From a virus, in the IMG/VR virus record IMGVR_UViG_3300037761_000162, positions 1 through 48,086 of that record: a DNA stretch of 48,086 bases; one strand, given 5' to 3'. Below are positions 6,259-14,100 of this stretch, piece after piece; positions within the stretch are counted from its first letter, which is position 1, and each line of letters starts with the position of its first letter. Both the position numbers and the translations under genes were made by a program. The notes beneath the pieces were generated by a model. It ran no database searches and had not been told where the DNA came from. It worked only from the letters and a program-made list of their open reading frames with translations.

Positions 6259-8091
6259 ATGACTCTCACCAGAGCGCAGAAGACGCAGAATACGCGCCGC
6301 CAGAACCGGATGCTGGAGCTGGTAGCTACTGGCGCCAGTGTTAAAGAGGCGTGCCGGGAGATCGGCATTCACCGCACCACGTACCAGCGGTGGCGGTCCG
6401 AAGACCCCGCCTGGTCCATGCGCATGGACCAGATACAAACCGCCGCCCTGGCCGTCACCACCAACACCAAGGTCCCCGACTTCCCCGAGTTTTGCCGACG
6501 ATACCTCAAGCAGCCGATCTATGCCCACCAGCAGCGCTGGGTCGACCTGCTAGGAGGCAAACAGCTAAACAATCTTCACTCGTCGATGGTCTACGAGTCG
6601 GGTTCACCGAATCACATCTTGATCAACACTCCCCCGGAGCACGCGAAGTCGACTACGCTGTCGATCAACTATCCGACTTGGCGGCTGATAGCAGACCCGA
6701 ACGTCAAGATCATGCTCGTTTCCAAGCGGGCAGAGCTGGCCGAAGAGTTCCTGTACGCCATCAAATACCGTCTGACCCACCCGCGGTACGCGGAATTGCA
6801 AAAAGCATTCGGCCCACCTGAGGGTTTCAAAGCCGACGCGGCCATATGGGCAGCCGACCGGATCTACCTCGGCTCCCAGCGGGACTCCGGCGAGAAAGAC
6901 CCCACCGTCCAGGCGGTTGGACTAGGCGGTCAGATTTACGGCGTACGGTCTGATCTGATAATCGTCGACGACGCAGTTATCCTCTCGAACGCTCACGAGT
7001 TCGAGAAGCAGACCCGATGGTTGCAGCAGGAGGTTATAACACGGCTCGGAACTTTCGGCACTTTGGTTGTCGTAGGCACCCGGGTTGACGCAATCGACTT
7101 GTACCGGCACCTGCGCACGCCCGCCCTCTATCCGACCGGCGAATCCCCGTGGACCTACCTGGCCCAGCCGGCGGTCCTAGAGTTTGCCGAAGACCCTGAT
7201 GACTGGGTGACTCTCTGGCCAAAGGCACAAGAGCCCTGGCCCGGCTCCAAGAATCTTCAACCGGACGACGATGGTCTGTACGACAAATGGACCGGGCCGT
7301 ACCTGTCTCGCCGGCGTGGCATGATCTCCTCCCGAACCTGGGCACTGGCGTATCAACAGGCTGAGGTTGAAGAAGATGCAGTCTTCCCCGCCGAGAAAGT
7401 CAAGAACTGCATAACCCGACGTAACGCCGGCAAGCTGCGCAAGGAAGAGTGCGGCCGAAACATGGATGGTCTGTATGTAATTGGGTCAATGGACCCGGCA
7501 ATGGTTGGGGATACGGGTGTGCTGGTTTATGCCGTAGACCGTCACACGAAGAAGCGGTGGATACTTGACGGCCGATTGCGTACGGGTGCTACTCCAGGCT
7601 GGATACGAGGTATCATCAAAGAACTGACCACTATGTACGAGATTCACGAGTGGCGTATCGAAAAGAACGCCTTCCAGGCGTTCCTGACTCAAGATCCCGA
7701 ACTTCAAGAATGGCTTGGTTCCCAAGGCGTCAGACTCTCTGAGCACCACACCGGCAAAAACAAGTGGGACCCGATGTTCGGTGTAGCGTCCATGTCAATT
7801 CTGTTCGACCTACAGCTAATTGACCTTCCCGGTCTTAACCGTCCCGAGGCGATAAAGCAGCTTGTAGAACAGCTCATTGTGTGGTCACCGGAGTCTGACG
7901 CTAAAGACGACCTTGTCATGGCGCTCTGGTTTGCGGAGATTCGGGCTCGCGAAGTCTGCCAGGCCAGCTCGCTGGACGGATCTGGCCCTCAGGGCTACCA
8001 GCGGAACCGGTGGTTGTCCAGGCGCGGCAGGCAGAACCAGGTGACGGTCAATTTGAACGATTTGGCGGCGGCAAAGGTGCAGCATGCTTGA
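6259..8091 (+). CDS. terL: terminase large subunit with N-terminal HTH extension (610 aa)
   Basis: Walker A-like PPEHAKST. Walker B LIIVDD. RNase H-like nuclease start VIGSMDPAMVGDTGVLVYAV. The N-terminal 60 aa form an HTH (ATGASVKEACREIGIHRTTYQRWR). Directly followed by the portal gene. Confidence 0.85.
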   Translation: MTLTRAQKTQNTRRQNRMLELVATGASVKEACREIGIHRTTYQRWRSEDPAWSMRMDQIQTAALAVTTNTKVPDFPEFCRRYLKQPIYAHQQRWVDLLGGKQLNNLHSSMVYESGSPNHILINTPPEHAKSTTLSINYPTWRLIADPNVKIMLVSKRAELAEEFLYAIKYRLTHPRYAELQKAFGPPEGFKADAAIWAADRIYLGSQRDSGEKDPTVQAVGLGGQIYGVRSDLIIVDDAVILSNAHEFEKQTRWLQQEVITRLGTFGTLVVVGTRVDAIDLYRHLRTPALYPTGESPWTYLAQPAVLEFAEDPDDWVTLWPKAQEPWPGSKNLQPDDDGLYDKWTGPYLSRRRGMISSRTWALAYQQAEVEEDAVFPAEKVKNCITRRNAGKLRKEECGRNMDGLYVIGSMDPAMVGDTGVLVYAVDRHTKKRWILDGRLRTGATPGWIRGIIKELTTMYEIHEWRIEKNAFQAFLTQDPELQEWLGSQGVRLSEHHTGKNKWDPMFGVASMSILFDLQLIDLPGLNRPEAIKQLVEQLIVWSPESDAKDDLVMALWFAEIRAREVCQASSLDGSGPQGYQRNRWLSRRGRQNQVTVNLNDLAAAKVQHA

Positions 8092-9892
8092 TGCGAATGA
8101 CATCTATGACAAGCTGAAGACTCTTCAGCGTCGGCACTCGGCCACGGACCGGGTGTGGGAAGATGTGCATGCCGCCCGCCGTGGCGACCTTGACCTTATC
8201 GCTCCGGAGATGGTCTCGGAAAGCTACCCGAAGCAGATCGTGGCTAACTTTGTCGATACCGTCGCTCGCGATCTAGCCGAGGTGTTCGCACCGCTTCCCT
8301 CCTTCAACTGCTCATCGGCCAACATGTCTTCGGACACCGCCCGCAAGTTTGCCGACCGCCGCACCAAGATCGCTCAGTGGTACGTGGATCACTCCGACCT
8401 AGCCGAACAGAACTTGTACGGCGCGGACCATTACGTGACCTACGCCCGCCAAGTCTTCTATGTCGAACCAGACTTCGATGCTCTGGCCCCGCGGATTGTC
8501 GTCGAGGACCCTCGCGGCGGGTATGCCGAGTTTGACCGCTGGGGACGCACACTGTCTTACTTCAAGCGGTGGTACTGCGACGTTGAAGTTCTTGCTAATG
8601 TCTATCCGGAGTATGCGGGTGCCATTCGGAAACATGCGATCTCTACTCCTCTGACCGGAGAGAAGCAGGCTGAGCTGGTTCGCTACTGCGACGGTGACCA
8701 GATCGCACTGGTTCTGGTTAGCGAACATCCGAGCATGCTCGAAAGCGTGCCGAATCTTCTAGGTGAGACGCCGATTGTCATACTGCGGCGCCCATGGGTC
8801 GACGCGTCAATACCCAAAGGCCAGTTTGACGACGTGATATGGGTTCAACTAGCTAGGGACATTCTCGCTAAACTCCAGCTTTCGGCTGTCGAAAAGCAGG
8901 TCGAGGCACCATTGGCGCTGCCGAACGACGTTCAAGAGCTAAATTTCGGTCCTGAAGCGATTATCCGCACGAACACGCCTGAAAAGATCAGGCGTGTCGG
9001 TCTTGAGATGGGCACGACAGCATTTGCCCAGCAAGAGCTGATGATGGCCGAAATGCAGCGAGGCGCCCGGTACAACGAAGCCCGCACCGGCGGAATCGAC
9101 GCGTCCATTATTACCGGCAAGGGCGTCGAAGCATTGATGGGCGCCTTTGACACGCAGATCAAAACCTACCAGGTGGCGGCCCAGGTTGCGCTTCAGAACG
9201 TGATGCGCCTGTGTTTCAAGATGGACACCGTCTACTGGCCTGGTGTAGAGCGCACGATTCGTGGACGGTCACAGGGGGCACCTTACGAGGTCGCATACAA
9301 GCCGTCCCGAGATATTCGCGGTGACTACTCATGCGACGTATCCTACGGCTTCGCTGCCGGCCTTGACCCTAACCGGGCAGTTGTGATGATGCTTCAGCTC
9401 CGAGCCGAGCGGCTATTCTCACGGGATTTCATGGCCCGCCAATTGCCATTCGGCTACGACGTGACATCCGAACTGGCGAAGGTTCAGGTCGAGGACGGCC
9501 GGGAAGCGTTGCTCCAGTCGATGTACGCGCTAGCTCAGTCAATCCCGGCAATGGCTCAGATGGGGCTTGACCCGGCGGCCACCGTCCACCAGTTGTCCGC
9601 AGTGATCAAGGGCATCCAAAAGGGGCGGGCGGTCGAAGACATAGTTTCCGAGGTCTTCGCGCCTCCCGAGCCGCCCCCGACTGCGGAGCCGTCAGAGGGT
9701 GCTCCAGTAGATGCCACCACGGGCGGCCTCGGTGGCGGCCTCACCCCAAGCGGTCTGATGGGCGGGGTGCCCGCGGGGCAGGCGGGCATGGCGCCCGGTG
9801 GGCGCCCTGACCTCTCCGTCATGCTGGCCGGCCTGACGGCCGGCGGGGCGCCTCAGATGTCCGCTTCCACGATGCGGCGGCGTCGCTTCTGA
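8084..9892 (+). CDS. portal protein (602 aa)
   Basis: Overlaps the terminase 3-prime end by 8 nt. Size and position are typical for a portal. Gly/Pro-rich C-terminal tail ending RRRRF. No motif-level proof. Confidence 0.75.
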   Translation: MLDANDIYDKLKTLQRRHSATDRVWEDVHAARRGDLDLIAPEMVSESYPKQIVANFVDTVARDLAEVFAPLPSFNCSSANMSSDTARKFADRRTKIAQWYVDHSDLAEQNLYGADHYVTYARQVFYVEPDFDALAPRIVVEDPRGGYAEFDRWGRTLSYFKRWYCDVEVLANVYPEYAGAIRKHAISTPLTGEKQAELVRYCDGDQIALVLVSEHPSMLESVPNLLGETPIVILRRPWVDASIPKGQFDDVIWVQLARDILAKLQLSAVEKQVEAPLALPNDVQELNFGPEAIIRTNTPEKIRRVGLEMGTTAFAQQELMMAEMQRGARYNEARTGGIDASIITGKGVEALMGAFDTQIKTYQVAAQVALQNVMRLCFKMDTVYWPGVERTIRGRSQGAPYEVAYKPSRDIRGDYSCDVSYGFAAGLDPNRAVVMMLQLRAERLFSRDFMARQLPFGYDVTSELAKVQVEDGREALLQSMYALAQSIPAMAQMGLDPAATVHQLSAVIKGIQKGRAVEDIVSEVFAPPEPPPTAEPSEGAPVDATTGGLGGGLTPSGLMGGVPAGQAGMAPGGRPDLSVMLAGLTAGGAPQMSASTMRRRRF

Positions 9893-10209
9893 GGAGACCC
9901 AGTGGGCGATCACGAATAGTGCACACCCCAACACATTCATCACACCCGCCGGGCTCAGGGTGTCCGCGACGGTCGAACCCAGCAGCCACGTTGCGTTCGC
10001 GACAGCCCCGGCGTGGCTCACCCTTCGGAGCCAGCTTCCTACCATGATCGGATCGTAGCGGATGCCGCTCAAGAGTCAAGCCCAGCGGCGATGGATGCAC
10101 GCGAACAACCCCAGGATGGCTGACCGCTGGGAGCAAGAAACGCCTACCGGAAAGCGTCTACCCCGAAAGCTCGGGAAAAAGACCCAACCGAAACGGAGAA
10201 AACAGCGAA

Positions 10210-10470
10210 ATGCCTAAGAACATTGGCTACAAGCCGACCGCAAACCGCGCCAGTGCCCGGCTGGGAGAGCCCCGTCCTCCCAAGCCTCGCAGTCAGGGGG
10301 ACGCGAAGACTTCCGGTCCCGGGTCCGGCACTCTCAAGCCGGCGATTCGAGCTGGTAACAGCATGGCGAAGCCAGCGCGAGGTCGGCTGGCAACCCGAAG
10401 CATGAAGGCACCCGGCTCTGGCACTCGGGGAACCGGACGGACCCGGAATTCGGTTCCGCGGACTGGCTAG
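10210..10470 (+). CDS. basic, disordered small protein (86 aa)
   Basis: GGAG RBS (10195-10198). Rich in Arg/Lys/Gly/Pro. Confidence 0.5.
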   Translation: MPKNIGYKPTANRASARLGEPRPPKPRSQGDAKTSGPGSGTLKPAIRAGNSMAKPARGRLATRSMKAPGSGTRGTGRTRNSVPRTG

Positions 10471-10485
10471 TCAAATACCCGGTCC

Positions 10486-10710
10486 ATGAATGGGTCGAGC
10501 GTGGCAGCGAAGGCTGTCGTCGATCCTAAGAATACGCCGAACTGGAGACCAAGCTCCATGCCGCTTTCCGGGAGCAGTGCCCCGACAACATCTACAGCGA
10601 ATAGCGTGAAGAAGCCGGCAAATACGCAGTACATGGATCCTGTCAGCTTGCGCCAAGTCGATCTGCTCATTCCGGTAGCTTACCAAGGGCACGAAAGGTT
10701 TGCAACGTGA
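10486..10710 (+). CDS. Ser/Pro/Thr-rich small protein (74 aa), tentative
   Basis: The stop sits in a GTGA overlap with the start of the next gene (translational coupling). No clear RBS. It shares wobble positions with the antisense ORF 10467..10670. Confidence 0.35.
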   Translation: MNGSSVAAKAVVDPKNTPNWRPSSMPLSGSSAPTTSTANSVKKPANTQYMDPVSLRQVDLLIPVAYQGHERFAT

Positions 10711-11168
10711 CGCAGCCCAGAGGCGGATATCAGCCGCCACGGCACCCCGCGCCAGTATCGGGACCCGGGCGCCTGTCACGGCGCACCGATGGCGGCCCGG
10801 GTGATCGTCGAGCTAGCCAGCCGGTTCGCGACCTCCCCAACCCTGCGTATGGCGAGCAACAGACTTTCCGGGATACCCAGGCTGCCGCGCCGATGGCGCC
10901 CGAAGCTAGCCCGCTTCCGGTCAGCCCGGTCGACCTGTCTGGTATCACATCGCTCAACGCACCCTCCACCCGTCCAGGCGAGCCAATCACCGCTGGTGCC
11001 GACAGTGGCCCCGGTCCGGGTCCGGCCGCGCTCGGATTGGGCATCGACGCTGACCCAGGGGTACAGACGTTGCGCGCCTATTTGCCGGCTCTGGAAATGA
11101 TGGCTGAGTCGCCCCAGGCGGCCCGTGGTTTTCGTGCATGGGTTAGACACTTGCGGGCGGTTCTCTGA
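10707..11168 (+). CDS. Pro-rich disordered protein (153 aa)
   Basis: GTG start with GAAAGG upstream. The stop overlaps the ATG of the giant ORF (ATGA). Confidence 0.55.
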   Translation: MTQPRGGYQPPRHPAPVSGPGRLSRRTDGGPGDRRASQPVRDLPNPAYGEQQTFRDTQAAAPMAPEASPLPVSPVDLSGITSLNAPSTRPGEPITAGADSGPGPGPAALGLGIDADPGVQTLRAYLPALEMMAESPQAARGFRAWVRHLRAVL

Positions 11169-14100
11169 TGGGCCTGATTGATCGCTTTGCTGAGGTGAAT
11201 TGGCGAGACTGGGATTTCCGGTGGGCAGAGACCGGTGGGAACCTGAAAGGTTCGTGGGAGGCGGCCCGCGACTTTTGGAAAGAGCAGCACGCCGTTGGGG
11301 CCTCGCTTTGGAACACGGCCTTTGGGGCGGGGGACGCGAAGGATAACGCCGACGCGTTCTGGGCTTCCGCGAACGTGCTTGACCGGGCGTTCAGTCAGGT
11401 TAGCCGCGGTGGCCAGGCAGTTGGCGGTGTGGCCTCCGCCCTGGGCGACCAGCCGCTTTTCAGGCAGGTGTTCGGTACGCTCGACGTAGCACAGCGTGAG
11501 TTTGTCGGGCGTCCAATAGCAACCGTCAACCTGGCGCGCGCTGATGCTCTTAACGAGCGCAATCTGGGTTTGTTGTTTGACGCCGACACGTGGAAGCAGG
11601 CGTATAACACAACCACGTTCGTCACGCCGGGGCAAGCGTTCGTTTTTGCAACTATCGGTCAGGCGCAAGACGTTACCGAAATGCTCGGGATCAACCCTTC
11701 GGCTGAGCGCCGCAAGGCGGTTCTCGAACAGTCCCCCACCGTGGGCATCATTCTTCAGGACCCTGACAAGTTTGATCCTCGCCTGCGCGGCGAGGATGGT
11801 CGCCAGTCGTACTACGAGAATTCTCTGATGAAGGGTGTCTCGGGTACTCTCGATGTTGGTATTGTCCTTGCAGGAGACCCCGCACTAGCGGTCAGCAAGT
11901 TAGCGTTGCTTGCGAGATCGCGCTTTTTGTCAAAGGAGATGACTGCTGCCGCTCTCCAGTCGGGGAAGCTTGAGTCTGTCATTGACGGTCGGTCCTATCG
12001 TAAGGCGAAGGACTTTATCCGAAGTGCCGACAATAGTGAACAGGTTCGCCGGCGGATGTTCAACAATCATTATGACGGTGATCTTGCTGCTGCGCTTCTT
12101 TACGATTCAGCTCGGATGCAGGACGATTATGCATCTCAGGGCGGCGTTATCGACCTCTACGACACGACGTTTCGGGCTTTGTATGGCGACGCTGGCGCGT
12201 GGGATACGCTTGCCCAGGAGGCACCGCGTATCGCTGATGTGATTGGTCACGCTCAGGCGAACTACACTCTCGCCAATGCGGCCAAGCACTACGGTGAAGG
12301 CAACCCTAAGGTTAATAGTCAGATCGAAGCTCTGATGGAGACCAAGCGGCGCGCATGGGTGGACGCGACCGTTAACGGTCATGGCACGTGGGGTCAGCTT
12401 GGCACTTCAGCCAAGGCCGGCGGTCTCCTGTCTGGTACTGCACCTCCGCGCTTGACGTGGACCTCGCTCTGGCGCTCCGGAACCTACGAATACGTGCGAA
12501 ACATTACCCCCGTCAAGCTCGGACACTGGGCTCGCCGGAGCCGCCACTTTCTACCGAGCCAGCGGTCCGGCAGGATGTTGGACCTGAATGACCCGAACAG
12601 TGTTGGCGTGTTTCGGAGCACTCTTGGGCTATCGCGTTTAGATCAACGCGAAATGGACCGTTGGGTTGGCGCTTATGCTCGGGCGACCTCACCGGAGGCC
12701 CGGTTTGCGATTTATAACGCAGCGGAGAACTTCGCCTTTCACAAGCACGGGTCCGCGTATGGGCTTACCATGTCTGACCTTGATGTACTGATCCCGGTGA
12801 TGAACCGGCATCGGCGGGGGAACCGTCAGATCCTTTCCGCCAACCGCCGCTACGCATCACAGGACGTGCTTGAAGAATACGAACGGAAGCTCAAGGCTAA
12901 CAAGATTGCCTCAGCCACCCGGATCGCTGCCGTCAAGCATCAGATTGACCAGGCGGTACAGCGTGGCGACGTGCCATCGCATTACATTGAGTTGCCTGAC
13001 GAGTTCGGCAACCTAACTCTTATCCCAGAAGACCTGAATATTCGCCTTGACCGCCCGGTTACTATTACGCAACATGGCGATATTGTGCCGATGGTCGACT
13101 GGAATGTACTGGAGAACGCACTCTGGTGGCACGTTGGTTTTGGTCGTGGGCGGCCCAAGCTGAAAGGTGATGACACCCCTACCTGGACTGCGCAGTTCGG
13201 GAAGCAAGTTTATGGTGCCCAGGATATCACCCGGGCTACGCTGGAAGCGGTTATGTCAACATGGAAGGTCACTGCGATCCTTCGTCCGGGTTACGTGCCG
13301 CGCACTTTGTCTGATGAGCTGGGTCGAGTCTGGGCCAAGCTGGGTGCGTTCTCCTCTTTTGCGACGGTAGGCCGAGGGACAAAGAACACGTTGCACAATA
13401 TCCGGTCTCGCCGGCGCCTGGTAGGTGAGATTGTCGCTGCTCGCCGGGCTCGCGGTGAAGGTTCTGTGGAGGTTGATGCCGAGGCCGAGGTCATCGCAGC
13501 ATCGGCACCCAGTCCACGTGGCGCTCGGCTTTCCGAGGACGCCAGTTTCGACCCGAGTAACCCGGTCAGCCTGACGGACACCGGTAAGGCGTATCGCTCC
13601 TATGAGGTGGCGTTTGCTGATGGCGTTATCCCGCTTGATGATCTCGTTGATCGGGTTGAGGCGCACGCATCGGCGGGAACGTTGAACTCGCAGCTTGCGG
13701 AGATATACGGATCGCTCGAATCGGGTGCCATGACTCCAGCCGAGTTTCGGACCGCTGTTGGCGCGTATGCTCTGCGAGCTGCTGACCGGGGGGCGTACCT
13801 TTCCCCGGCATGGCAACAATCCTACTTGCGTCACGTCGTCCGTGCGCATGAGCGCAGATCGCATGGTGAGCCGGCACGGATTAGCGTGGTTGATCCTTTC
13901 AGTGGTGAGTCTCCTGATCTGACCACGGACCAGATTCGTCAGAACATCACTACACAGCATCAGCGGCTCATTGTCCGTGCAGACGACGGTGTGTTCAACC
14001 CTGAGGACGTTCGGGCGTTTGTCGAAGAACATCTTGATGAGCTGCTACGGCCCGATAGCGTTCTGGTTTCGCATATGTGGCCAGACGGTAGGATCGCCCT

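Noticed and set aside
6022-6528. Minus-strand ORFs (168, 73, 61 aa) across the gap upstream of terminase
   Set aside because: They have no RBS, overlap the terminase 5-prime end in antisense, and have low-complexity Gly/Arg/Pro composition. The region is treated as non-coding.
9692-10072. 126-aa minus-strand ORF with hydrophobic stretches downstream of the portal
   Set aside because: It would overlap the portal 3-prime end by 200 nt in antisense. It has no RBS. The open frame is explained by the Gly/Pro-rich portal tail.
10116-10217. 33-aa basic plus-strand peptide (MADRWEQETPTGKRLPRKLGKKTQPKRRKQRNA)
   Set aside because: It has no properly spaced RBS, it overlaps the start and RBS of 10210..10470, and it is too short to support without expression data.
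10467-10670. 67-aa minus-strand ORF with two apparent TM helices between the portal and the giant ORF
   Set aside because: It shares wobble positions with plus-strand ORF 10486..10710, which is GTGA-coupled to the downstream gene. Antisense of a hydrophilic frame tends to look hydrophobic. A lone reverse gene inside a coupled late operon is unlikely. It is not fully excluded.
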